Origin: the human T2T-CHM13v2.0 reference genome, Homo sapiens
Length of the DNA: 64,000 bases
Reading direction: 5' to 3' (one strand)
Assembly (NCBI RefSeq): GCF_009914755.1
Contig: NC_060938.1
The notes below the pieces were generated by a model. That model did no database searches, was not told the origin of the DNA, and saw nothing but the letters and a program-made list of their open reading frames with translations. A program made the position numbers and the translations under genes. Shown here piece by piece: positions 41,047 through 57,170 of this stretch; the first letter of the stretch is position 1, and each line of letters begins with the position of its first letter.

Positions 41047-41261
41047 TCTGAGGACGTCGACAAGTGACGTCTGAACACAGGGACTTCAAGGATTTGAATG
41101 AAGAACGTCTGCTGGAGCAGATAAACTGAAATTGACAAGGCGAACGGGGACCCCAGGATGAATCTACAAGCAGTGGATATAAGGTCAGTGCCCTAAAGAG
41201 GTACTGGGAACAGTGCTTTAAAGAAGTACTGGGAACGGGAAGTTTTCTGAATCAAGGTAAC

Positions 41262-42471
41262 ATGGGGCAGAATTTGTCTACTGAAGAAAAACATTATGTG
41301 AAGTTGCTTAAAGTTTTGTTAAAACAAACTGGGGCTCAGGTTAGTTCTCAGACATTAACTAAGATGCTGCAGGAGGTTATTACACATAACCCATGGTTTC
41401 CACAGGCAGGCACTCTTGATGTGGAAAATTGGGACAGAGCAGGAGAAGGATTAAAATGGGCTCATCAAAAGGGTCTTAAAGTTGATTCTTCTGTTTTCCC
41501 CACTTGAAGTTTAATTCATACTGTACTTCTACCATTATCTCATTATTCTGTGGGACAGCAGGCTGAGTCTAAAAATCTGAAAGAATCTGTTGACCCACCC
41601 ACAGCACCGATTGAAAATAAAAGACAGGAGAGAGAAGATAAAAATTGGCCTATACTGCCTCCTTCAGTTGCGGAAACATCTGTACTGCCTCCTTTGGTAG
41701 CAGAAATAGAGACCCCAATACAAAGAATTTTACACTCTGCTGCCATAGCTGGAGAGTCCTTAGGACCTTGTGCTTTTCCTGTTTCTGTAAGGACTGATCC
41801 AAATAATCCACAGCAGCTTATTCATGAACACACTCCACTAGAGTTTAAGTTGTTAAAGGAATTATAAGCAAGTGTAGTAAATAATGGCATACAGAGCCCA
41901 TTCACTTTAGGATTGCTAGAATCTGTGTTCGGTGCTATGCGTCTTTTACCCTTTGATGTAAAACATTTGGCATAAACTTGCTTGTCTGCTAGTGCATATC
42001 TGACATGGAATTTAAATTGGCGAGAAATGTGTGCAGACCAGGCTAGAGAGAACCGTGATGCCAGACATGGAGACATTACAGAGGATATGCTATTGGGTAA
42101 TAGCCCTTATTCAGACTGGAACATCAAATGGCACTCCCAGATGCTGTATCAGCAGTGTGCACAGGCTGCTAAACATGCCTGGACCACAATTCCAGAAGAG
42201 GGAGTCCCAGTACATCCTTTTTACATATTATGCAAGGGTCACAGGATCCCTATGTGCAATTTCTTGTAAGATTACAAGAGGCAGTGAAGCATCAGATTCC
42301 TCATGCCACTGCTGCAGAAATGCTAACCGTAACTTTAGCTTTTGATAATGCAAATGTGGATTGTAAACATGCACTGGCACCTGTGAGGTGTACAAAAAAC
42401 TTGGGAAATTTTCTCAGAGCTTGTCAGAATGTAGGAACTGAGCTTCATCGCTCTTCAATGTTAACTGAAGC
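41262..42471 (+). pseudogene. gag: HML-6 gag (matrix to capsid), with stops and frameshifts
   Basis: MGQ myristoylation start; betaretroviral MA motif NPWFPQAGTLDVENW; major homology region QGSQDPYVQFLVRL; LAFDNANVDC. Confidence 0.92.
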
Positions 42472-42743
42472 TGTGGGGAAAAGAAAGAGAGATTAGATTG
42501 TTACTGTGTCTATGTAGAGAAGGAAGATATAAGAAATTCCATTTTGATCTGTACTAAAATAAATTGTTCTGCTTTGAGATGCTGTTAATCTGTATCTTTA
42601 GCCCCAACCCTGTGCTCACAGAAACATGTGCTGTATTGAATCAAGGTTTAATGGATTTAGGGCTGTGCAGGATGTGCCTTGTTAGCAATATGTTTGCAGG
42701 CAGTATGCCTGGTAAAAGTCATCGCCATTCTCCATTCTCTATT

Positions 42744-45623
<2,880 letters not shown>

Positions 45624-46348
45624 TAACCAGGGACAAAATGCACTGTGGAAAGCCGCAGGGACTTCTGCCCAAGAAAGCCTGGGTATTGTCTAAAGTTTCC
45701 CCCAACTCAGCCTGAGATATGGCCTTGTGGGAAAGGAAAGACATTACATCCCCCAGCCCGACACCCGTGAAGGGTCTGTGCTGAGGAAGAGTAGTGAAAG
45801 AGGGAGGCCTCTTTCCAGTTGAGATAAGAGGAAGGCTTCTGTCTCCTGCTCATCCCTGGGAATGGAATGTCTCGGTGTAAAGCCGACCATTCATTCTATT
45901 CTGAGATAGGAGAAAACTGCCCTGTGGCTCTGAGGCAAGATATGCTGGCAGCAATACTGGTCTGCTACTCTTTGCTACACTGAGATGTTTGTGTAAAGTG
46001 AAACATAAATCTAGCCTATGTGCACATCCAGATACAGTACCTTTCCTTGAACTTATTCATAATACAGATTCCTTTGCTCACATGTTTCCTTGCTGACCAT
46101 CTCCCCACCATCACCCTTTTGCCCTGCCATACTCCCTTCACCAAGATAGTAAAAATAGTGATCAATAAATACTGAGGGAACTCAGAGACCAGCACCAGTG
46201 CGGGTCCTCGCATGATGAATGCCAGTCCCCTGGGTCCACTTTTCTTCCTCTATACTTTGTCTCCATGTCTTATTTCTTTTCTCAGTCTCTTGTCTCCACC
46301 TGATGAGAAATACCCAAAGGTGTGGAGGGGCAGGCCCCCTTCAGAAGC

Positions 46349-46571
46349 AATGGCTAATTTAGGAGTTGACAAATCTAAGAAGAACCAAAGAGTAAGCCCT
46401 AAAGTGGGAAAATGTTATAATTGTGGAAAAACTGGACATTTTAAAAAGGAATGCTGCCAGATCCCAGGACAGAAGGGATCTTATAATGCAGTTCCCTCCC
46501 AAGTGGAAAAAACGCCAGGGCTCTGTCTTCGCTGTAACAAAGGAAATCACTGGGCTAATCAGTGCCGCTAA
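46349..46571 (+). pseudogene. gag: HML-6 gag nucleocapsid with two CCHC zinc knuckles
   Basis: CYNCGKTGHFKKEC and CLRCNKGNHWANQC. In frame with upstream gag once LTR5 is removed (MLTEA|MANL). Confidence 0.92.
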
Positions 46572-46599
46572 AAATTTCATCAGAATGGCACCTGGCCCC

Positions 46600-47482
46600 T
46601 CAAACAATGAAGGCATTCCCAGTTCAGACCACAACCCTGTTTCAGGGATGGGGGCACATTGATTCCCTCACCCCAGGAACACCAGGAAGTGCAGGATTAG
46701 ATCTCCCTGCCAGAAAAGGGGTTACATTAGTTGGGGGAGACAAACCCACCAAGATTCCCATTGGCATCTCGGGACCTTTACCAGCAGGATACACGGATAT
46801 ATAGGACACTAATTTTAGGCAAAAACTGCCTTAAGTTGCAAGGCATTACTGTAGTCTCAGGAATTGTTGACTCCAATTATGAAGGAGAAATTCAAGTAGT
46901 TTTAATGTCACAAGATCTTTGGGTTTTTGAACTGGGAGAATATATTGCTCAATTATTGCTTATTCCCTGCAAATTGCATCCTTCTCCATGAAAGAAGAAA
47001 TGAGGAAATAAAGGGTCTGGGAGCACAACTACATGAGAAATCTATTTATCACAACCTATAGCCTCTAATAGACCCACCTGTGTAATACAACTTAAAGGAA
47101 AGAAATTTTAGGGGCTTTTGGACACAGGAGCTGATATGTCAGTAATATCCAGTAAGGATTGGCCCCCAGCATGGCCTCTCAGACTAACCTCCACATCCCT
47201 AGTGTGAGTAGGAACAGATCAAAGCATTCAACAGAGTGATGAGATTTTACCTTGTCTTGGTCCAGATGGACAATCATGTACTTTTCAGCCTTATGTTGAA
47301 AATATAGCTATCAATTTATGGGGTTGAGGCTTACTTACAGCATGGGATATGAGACTTACAAGTGAAAACTTTGATAACCCAGGATTCAAAATGTTGAAGG
47401 ACATGGGATATCAGAGTGGGAAAGGTTTAGGGAAATTCCTGCAAGGAAACCCTAACCCAATATCAGTAACTGGAAAGACAGG
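46600..47482 (+). pseudogene. pro: HML-6 pro: dUTPase, aspartic protease and G-patch, disrupted
   Basis: GSAGLDLP and GIVDSNYEGEI (dUTPase); LLDTGAD at about 47115-47136; KMLKDMGYQSGKGLGK (G-patch). Confidence 0.9.
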
Positions 47483-48560
47483 TTAAACTCTGCAAGGAGA
47501 CTCTTCTTTAAATTCCCTGTGGCAATTAACTAAAGAGGCAGAAGCCAAATTTTGGCTTGTAGAGCAAACGTTAGAGCAGAGACATGCCTCATGGCTACAA
47601 CCACAAAAACCTTTGCTTTTGTTTATACTTCCTGCCCCCCACTCTCCAACAGGACTTTTGGGCCAGTTCATAGACAAGTCTTTAACAGTAATAGAATGGC
47701 TCCTTCTACCTAATCAAACAGTCAAAACCTTGCAAGTTTATCATTCTTTAATTCCCAGCCAAGCTAGGGCTATAATACAAGCCTGTCCTACTTGCCAGCA
47801 TGTCCCTGGAGCCACACCTGCAGAGGCTGTAACCCACGAGATTTGGCTCCAGATGAAATCTGGCAAATGGACATTACACACATAGCAATCTTTGGTAAGC
47901 TTAGCTATGTTCATGGGACTATAGACACTTAGTTTCATATGCTGCATGCTACATGCCAAATAGGTGAGACAGCTGGTCATGTACAGTGACATTGTCTTCA
48001 TCATTTGCTCATATGGGGATACCTAAACAATTACGAACTGACAATGGACCCACTTATACTAGTCATGCTTTTCAAAATTTCTTACAGCTTTGGGCTATAA
48101 CCCATAAAACAGGAATTCCTTATAATCCTAGAGAACAAGGCATTATAGAGGAGGCACATCAAATATTACAAGGCATGTTGAAAAGACAAAAAGGGGGTGT
48201 AGGGGGTCAACTATCACCTCAATCAAAACAACAGTTACCCTTATTTACTTTAAATTTTTTGACTCCTGGTAAGGATGGTAAGACTCTGGTAGAAAGACAT
48301 TGGCAAGCGTTACAGGAAAAGAGGAAAGTTTATCCGAAAGTGTTATGGAAATCCCCAGAAGAAGGACAATGGAAAGGTCTGGTGGATTTACTGACACGAG
48401 GAAGAGGGTATGCTTGTGTTTTCACAGGAGATGGACAAACTCTGTGGGTGCTGTCAAGGTGTGTGCGACCAAGGAATGGGAGACTAGAGGAACCCAGGGT
48501 GGCCAACCATGGGCCCAGTCCCTCCAGTACAAGCCATGAGCCAGCTGAGCCTGAGTGCAA
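47483..48560 (+). pseudogene. pol: HML-6 pol remnant: RT thumb/connection fused to integrase; RT core and RNase H absent
   Basis: LQGDSSLNS...HSPTGLLGQ, then [34 protein letters not shown] and WK...W...RGRGYACV. Confidence 0.9.
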
Positions 48561-50275
48561 AGACAGAGAGAAGACCAACCAAAGTCATGACAACATCAAC
48601 CCCCATAACCTGGGGACAACTCAAGAAAACCACGCAGGAAGCTGAGAAACTACTGGAGCATCAAGGCCAGACAAAAACCCCTGATTCCATATTCATGGCT
48701 ATGTTAGCTATAATGTTCTGTGCAGTATGTTTTCCTTGTGCAGAGGCAAAAACATATTGGGCATATGTTCCCAATCCCCCAGTAGTATGACCTGTACTTT
48801 GGAGTGACACTCCTTCTGAGATTTATCATGATCAGGGAGCATGGGCTCCAGGACCCCTAACTCCCCCGACATAGAAAAGTTAGACTCTCAAAACAATATC
48901 ATTAATTATACCGCTTCACTGGAAGGACTTCCTTTTGTATCACCACGAAGACTTCACTAAGCAAAGCTGTCTTACAATTCAAGCTGAAACACGGTTGAGT
49001 CACTATGGAAAAATCATGTGTTTATTAAATCTTGGTTGTATTAATATAACTGGTGTGCTAACCAACAATTCCAGGCCCAGTCACCCTAATTGTGCAGACT
49101 ATATGGAATGGATTCCCTACAATAGTTCCTATCCCCCTCCATGGACAAAGTGTCTTGGGCCACTGGCTAGAAAACAATCTATGTTAACTGGAGACATTGT
49201 GGGTTGGGGACCTAAAGGTCAATTAGATGGAAAAGATGAAAATCAGAAATCATGGCACAAACTTCGCTGGCATGGGTGGCAAGATTTTAATGCTTCTTCT
49301 TTATACAACACTGGGATCCAATCCCAGCCTGCCACCCAGATTGCTTGGCATGGAGCAGGCTTTAGCCTGCCTCCTCCTCAGTGGCATTATCTCAGGAGGA
49401 AAGGACCAATTCAAGAGATGATCTGTAAGGCAGCACTCGCATTTATGAATGGCAACATCTGGGTTGGAATACTATCCAGTAATAGCAATAGGAAGTGACT
49501 ATCTTACTATTCTTATGTTGCACTTGTAAAGAATATCACCACTCAATTTACAGTTTGTATTTTTAATCCTTATATCTTTTTGGCCGCTAAGAAGGACCAG
49601 CTCCAGGTAAACAATACCCAATTGACCTGTAAATCTTGCCAGTCATATTACTGCACTAATGTAACTCAACTTACTCATCATGTCCACAAAGCCTTAGGCA
49701 TGATAATTTTTGCTATTGTTTCCTTGGTCGCACTAACAACTTCTGTTGTGATGTCCTCCATAGCTTTGCATAGTTCTGTTCAAACAGCTCAGTATGTGGA
49801 GAACTGGACATGCACAGCCAGCCAAGCATGGGTACTTCAGAATAAAATTAACACTGAGTTACAAATTGAAGTGGCAATGTTAAAATCCATGGTTCTATTG
49901 TTAGGGGAACAAGTAGAAAGCTTGCAATTGCAGCAGTGATTTTGTTGTCCTTTTAATCACACTCATATTTGTGTAACCAACTTAGAATATAACCAAAGTG
50001 AGTATCCGTGGGACCTTGTGAAAGCCCATTTGCAGGGAGCTTCCACATCCAACATCACCTTTGATTCTAGTGAACTACAAAACAAAATTCTTGATTTAAA
50101 TAAACAAGCTCAAGAGTTTCAGCCTTCTTTAGAAGACTGGACCCAATTCCAGCAAGGCCTGGAGAGCTTCAACCCTTGGACCTGTCTAAAGCACCACATT
50201 AACATCTTATATGTAGTTCTTGGAATAATGTTGTTTTGTCTCTGTCTTCTGTTCATAGTCTGTAAAATCAGATGA
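48509..50275 (+). pseudogene. env: HML-6 env (leader, SU, TM), disrupted
   Basis: Leader TWGQLKKTTQEAEKLL; YWAYVPNPP; fusion peptide ALGMIIFAIVSLV; TM ectodomain and membrane anchor ILYVVLGIMLFCLCLLFIV. Confidence 0.9.
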
Positions 50276-50340
50276 ACTGCCAATCAGAGAATGAGAGCTA
50301 TCCAGCCTGGCCTTAACATTCTTTCAATTAATACATAAAC

Positions 50341-50353
50341 AAGAAGGGGGAGA
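50341..50353 (+). promoter_or_regulatory. Polypurine tract
   Basis: AAGAAGGGGGAGA immediately before the 3' LTR. Confidence 0.85.
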
Positions 50354-51112
<759 letters not shown>

Positions 51113-51159
51113 CATATCCAAGAATATACTCATGTATTACTGCTTCCTTTGCAGTAATA

Positions 51160-51800
51160 CCTTTGTCCTATCCACCATCATTTCTTATTGAAAACTTGCT
51201 TCCATGCTTCCAGACTTTCTTGCCTTTCATCTGTTTTCAACACAACAGCAAACATGGTCTTGTTAGAATGCAAGCCTGACCAGGCTGCTCCTGTCTGAAA
51301 ACCCTCCTTTGGCTCTCCGTCTCAGAATCAGTCAGCATCTTTACAATGGCAAGCATGAACAGACTTCTGTTTCTAGTTGACCTCTACTGATAATTTTTCT
51401 CTTGCTCCTTCTCATTTCCCAAATGTGTCAGTCACTCTCCCATCTCAGGACAGTCCTCTTCCCCCAGCCTGAAATTCTTCTCCCCAGATATTGATAGAGC
51501 TCACTCTCTCATTTTCTTTAGAGATTTGCTCTAATGAAACTTTCTCAGCAAGGATTTCTCAGGCCACTCTATCTAAAATTGCAGGTCCTCCTGATATTTA
51601 TACCCTCTCTTCTCTATTTTATTCTTCTCGTTATCACTTACTAATATCTAATATAATATGCAGGCTGCTTATTTATCTTGAGTATATCTGACTTCCTGTA
51701 TTAAAGTGGAAAATCAATGAGGCTGAGGGTATTTGACTCTTCTTTTACTATTGTGTATGCAGCTCTTTTAGAACAGGGAACAGTGCCTGGCTATTGAAGA
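51160..51800 (+). mobile_element. L2 3' portion
   Basis: aaaaccctccttt ggctc...gcctgaaattcttctccccagata...tttgctctaatg...gaacagtgcctggc, typical of the L2 3' end. Confidence 0.7.
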
Positions 51801-52847
51801 CAAAAAGATACTTACGAACAGATGATTGGTATTAAAAGACTATGACTTTGTCTCCGAAGGTATGTCACTTAATACACTTTCCCTTATAACCTGCCCCAGC
51901 CTCACCCCAAAAAGAGAAAGAAACATAGACTTTATTCTCTCTTAGATATTCATAATTCACATTAATATATAAATAGCTAAGAAAAAAACTTTTCTTAACC
52001 CATTTTTGCCAAACTCATTTCATTATGGACAGTTTCTCCACCCATAAGATTTCCTATCATTCCAGAGCACACCTTGGGGTATGGTATTGCAGATGAATCT
52101 AACAAACCCTGTACGATACAGCCTACCATGCATAGTCATTTCCCTACCATGCGCAGTGCTCACAATGTTAGAGTGCTTATAATGAAGTAAAGATTTTGGT
52201 AATTGGGAATGGTTATTACCCATGCTTTAAAAACTAAGATGATGTTTCCAGTGCTGTCTTTGCCACATTTAGCAAGTATTAATAGTCAAGGGATATCAAA
52301 ATAAAAACACTTGATCATTGTAGTCAAAGATTTTCACTGGTCTGCCTTAGCATTCAACATAAAATATATTTTGAGAAAAAAAAAATTTTTTTTTCCTGTA
52401 ACGTTAAGACTCAGTGCCATCTCCTTTTTGCTGACGTTTTCTCATTTCTTTTTACCAATCTTTCTTTAATACTAAAGGTGATGCTTTGATGTGTTTATTG
52501 AGAACTACCTGCTTATGATTCTTTAGGAGTGGGGAGATGTTGGTCAAAGAATACAAAATTTCATGCAAGTCATGCATGCAAGAGATCTATTGTATAACAG
52601 TGACTATAGAACAATGTAATGTATAATTTAACATTGTTAAGTGAGTAGATTTAATTGCTGATAATTCTTTATGTCACAGTTTCTTATTCTCTATGTAGTG
52701 TTCTCTTCTTTCTATGTAGCTCTGATATGAGATACTTAGTTTTCTATGATCCACGGACCCTCAGTTCAGATACAAAACATATGCAATTGTTCTTTCTTAT
52801 TCAATATCCACCTCAATTACTGTCCAATCATGAGCTAACTTTTAAAA

Positions 52848-53015
52848 AGCCAGGAATAGTGGCATAGGCCTGTAGTCCCAGCTACTTGGGAGGCTGAGGC
52901 CAGAAGATTGCTTTAACCCAGGAGTTTAATGCTGTTACACTGTAATACCAACTGTACTCCAGCCTGGGCAACATAGCAACACCCTGTCTCTAAAAATAAA
53001 TAAATATGAATAAAA
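52848..53015 (+). mobile_element. Alu right monomer (FRAM/AluJ-like)
   Basis: gcctgtagtcccagctacttgggaggctgagg...ccagcctgggcaacatagcaacaccctgtctc plus A-tail. Confidence 0.85.
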
Positions 53016-53099
53016 TAGTACTATGACTTTCTACTTCCCCATAGCCCTGTGATTTCTTTTACAACCCTTACATATGAGAATGACAACAATGGATGAAAG

Positions 53100-53370
53100 G
53101 CCTCAGCTTTAGAGTCAAGCTGAACAGTTTGAAATCTGTATTTGACATTTACTAATGTGATCTTGCACAAGTTATTTTAACTATCTGTGCCTCAGTTTCT
53201 TTATCTATCAATAAGGTAGCAATAATACTCATCTTTTAGAGTTGTTGCAGGTTTTAAATAACTGCATGGATGGAAAAATATTTAAAGAAATGCCTGCCTA
53301 TGATAATAGTACATTAAATGAGCTAGTGTATGTAAAATAACTTTGGAAACTACAAATTTTAAGAAAATAT
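53100..53370 (+). mobile_element. MIR SINE
   Basis: tgtgatcttgcacaagttattttaactatctgtgcctcagtttctttatctat core. Confidence 0.8.
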
Positions 53371-53599
53371 GTCCCTAGAAGCAACGATGTATAACAAGTA
53401 CACAGAGCCTTGCTGTATTTCACTGAATATCTAACTTCATCAAATGTAGAATATCACATACCACAAGGTTATTAAACTATTTCATATACCACAGGTAAGA
53501 AAAAAATACTGCTATTTAACTATGACATGTTTACTTTCTTTTGAATTTGAATTTTTGTTACTATTCATGTTTTTTGAGAATTAGTTACACATTGATTCT

Positions 53600-56500
53600 T
53601 ATGTCACTCTTGCATAATCATGAACTTCAGGGCAGTATTCAATACTTGTGTGGATAAGTAGCCTCCTTTTTCTTCCTGATTTCAGGAAGAAAGTTTTCAT
53701 TACTTCACTACTGATTATCAAGTTTATTATGGAATTTTTGTAAAGACTTTTTATCAAATTAAGTCCTTTTTCACTCTTATTGTGAAGGTTTTTCTTTATG
53801 AACTGCTAGTGAATGTTATCAAATACTTTTTCAGCATCTGTTGAAATGACCGTGGTTCCTTTCTTTGTTTTTGCAATATGGTGAATTACATTGACTGTTC
53901 TTCAAAGGTTAAACTAACTTTGTTTAACCAGTTAACTTTTAAAAATATCTATAAAATTAGAAGTCATGTTACTCTTTCCAGTACTAACATTGGTTTTTAT
54001 GTCTTATCCCAATTATTTTGTTTATCAGGTCTTTCAGGAATTTGTCCATTTCATTAACTTCTATATTTTATCTTTATTTTTATTTTTTAATTTGCTGTTC
54101 ATTTTCTAACCTCTAGAATGAATAGGTTACTGATTCTCAGGCTATCTTATTTCCTAAAATATTATTCTATGTTGTGGATTTTTATCTAAGAACTTTTAAC
54201 CTACATCCAATAAGTTTTATATGTGTAGTATTTTAATAACCATCCTTTTCAAAATATTTACTATTTACTATTTCTTGTTTCTTCTTTGAAACAGTATTTT
54301 CATGCTAATTAGAATCATGCTATGTATATTACCAAGAACTTGAGGATAATTTTATTATTATTTAACTACTATTTCTAACAACTCTATTAGATGAGAGCAC
54401 TTGCTTTCAACTTTCAATTTTTGAAATGTTGTTATTTACATTATTGCCCCATGTATGGCCTGTCCTTATTAATATTCCAAGTATACTTGGAAAAATGTGT
54501 TTTTTTAATTGTAATTTTGAGACTTACTTCATGACACAGGCTATTATTCATTATACAAATGTTCCAACTGTATTTAAAATCATGTGGAATCTGGAGTTGT
54601 TGGACAAATTATTTCATACATATTAAATAAATTAACTTTGTTAATTATTCAGCCCCAATATTTTATTGTCACTGAATTTTGTATTATAAGTTTCTGAGAG
54701 AGAAATCTCAGAACCCCCATTATAACTTGCCTGATTCCTTGCATTTCCATGCAAATTTATAATTGTTACATATTTTTGAGCCTCAGGAAGTTTCTCTCTT
54801 TATTGCTGGTAATGGTTTTTACCTTGTCATTGACATTTTTTATATTATTTGAGTGGTTTCAACTTTCTTTTCATTAGTACCAGTATAATATGCTTTTTTG
54901 TTGCTTTCACTGTCAACCCTCATGTATCTTCCTATATCCTTATGTTTTAAATATCTTTCTTACGCAGCACACAATGTTTTTGTTGGCATTTTTGGTTTTT
55001 AAAATAAAGTTTCATAATTTTCTTAGTCTATTTTGTGTTGCTATAACAGAATACCTGAGAATGAATAGTATATAAAGAAAAGAAGTTTATTTGGCTCACA
55101 ATCCTGGGGGTTAAAATGTTTAAGATTCAGAATCTGCATCTGGTAAGGGCCTCAGGCTATTTGTACTCATGGCAGAAAGTGGAAGGGGATCCAGTGAATG
55201 CAGAGATTATGTGGTAAGAGATGAAGCAAGAGAAAGAAACTGAAGAAGCCAGACTTTTAACAAACTGCTTTCTTGGGAATTAATCCATTCCAATGAAGGT
55301 AAGAACTCACAGCCATAGGAGGACATTCATGTATTCATGAGGGATCTGCCCCCTATGATCCAAACACCTGCCATTAGGCCCAGCCTTCCAACACTGCCAC
55401 CCTGGGGATCAATTTTCAACCTGAGTTTTAGTGGAAATAAACCAAACCATAGCAGTAATCTTCATCTTTTACTTGAAGCATTCAGTTAATTTAGAATTAA
55501 GCAAATATATGTCTTTGTATTTTTCTTTACTTTCTATTTGGCCTTCTTAATATTTCTTTGTTTAGTTTTGGTGTAAAAACACAACATTTTATGACACTTT
55601 AACTCATTTGTGCCCCTAACTTGTATGTTATTATATTCTAATTTCCTATAATCTTATGTGCCACTACACATGATCTTTGTACAGTCAATGTATCTTTAGA
55701 TTTTCCCACATTTTTATGCTTTCTCTCACACCTCATTGTTTTCTGCATCTACAAATGTTTTTTCATATGAAATCATTTTTCTTCTCCCTAAAAGTAATAC
55801 CTCTTAACACTTCTGTTAGTATGTTTATTGGTTGTTAATTCTCTCAGATTTTTATGTGTGAATATTTATTTATTTTACCTTGAAACAAAATTTTTGAATG
55901 ATATTTTTTCCTGGACTGATACTTTTGTTTTCATTCATTTCCATTCAGGACTTGAAGATTATCTTTTGGGAACCATTGTCTTTTGGGTCCCATTGTTTCA
56001 GCTGCAAGATTAACTATTTCATTAATATTTACTCCCTTGAAAATAATTTGTCCTATTTTTCTCTGGCTGATTTAAGTATTTTGCCTGGGTGTGCTTTTCT
56101 CTTAAAATATCCTACTTAAGGTTATTAGAGCCCTTTGAATCTATGACTTGCTGTTCACTGGTTTTGAAAAAATTTTAGCCATTATCTTGCTTCTCCTTTA
56201 TTTTCTTTCCTTTTCTTCTGGGAAACCAATTATACGTATGTTAGATATTTTCATTCCTTGTATCTTTTAATATTCTTCCATATTTATTTTCTATCATTTA
56301 TTGCCTCCATGTTTTATTCTGAAAATTGTATTCTAACCTACATTCAAGTTTATTAATGTTTCCTTTAGCTATGCCTAATTTAACAAATCCATGTACTGAG
56401 TTCTCTATTTCAATAATAATATCTTTCACTTTTAATATTTTCATTTGTTATTTTTTAATAGTTTCTAGTTCTCTGATTATATTGTCAAACTTCATCTTTT

Positions 56501-57170
56501 ATTAAAAATATTAAGCAGAGTTATTTTAAAATCTTTTTCTAACAACTTTATCTGGGTACTCTGGGAGTCTATTTCTATTATGTATTTTTTCTTTGCTGTC
56601 AACCTAATTATTGCCACTTTCTACACTAATTAAGCTAGTGAGTTTTCATTAAGCAATAGACATTGGATTTGAAAACAAAATTATGAAATAACTAAGACCT
56701 TGTAGCATATATTCTTCCTTTAGAGAAGAATTACACTTGCCTCCAATAGGCAGACCAAACAATAGCAAAGATTGATAGCTGAATTTAATTAATTGCTTGC
56801 TCTTGTGAGAGCAAGCAATTGCTGTTTTGACCTTTAGAATATCCACTAAAATAAGTTGGTGTCCTTAAGCTAGCTCTTCTTGGTGTGCCCTGGATTGGAC
56901 TCCAATATTTTTCTTTACCTCCCATAGCTCCATTGATGCTGAAAATAGCTCTATTCAACCTCCCAGACCCTCAGTCACATATCAGTTATCTGGCAGATTT
57001 CTCCAGGGGAAAATGTGCCCCAAGAGATTCACTATCCTGGGTTTCCTTTTCTCTTGGATTTGTATAGCTTGTGAGCACCCAAATGTCATCAAGTCATAAA
57101 CTATTTTTAGTGACCATTGTCAAGAGGATTGGACTACAATACCTAGTCTTTCATGGATGCAAATGAAAAT
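53600..57170 (-). mobile_element. Ancient antisense L1ME-type fragments
   Basis: Degenerate ORF2/ORF1 antisense motifs (tcttcctgatttcagg..aaag, ttttcagcatctgttgaaatgacc, aattttagccattatc). Confidence 0.65.
55019..55454 (-). mobile_element. MST-type MaLR solo LTR
   Basis: tcttagtctattttgtgttgctataacagaatacctgaga...caaaccatagca; TSD ataat/gtaat. Confidence 0.85.
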
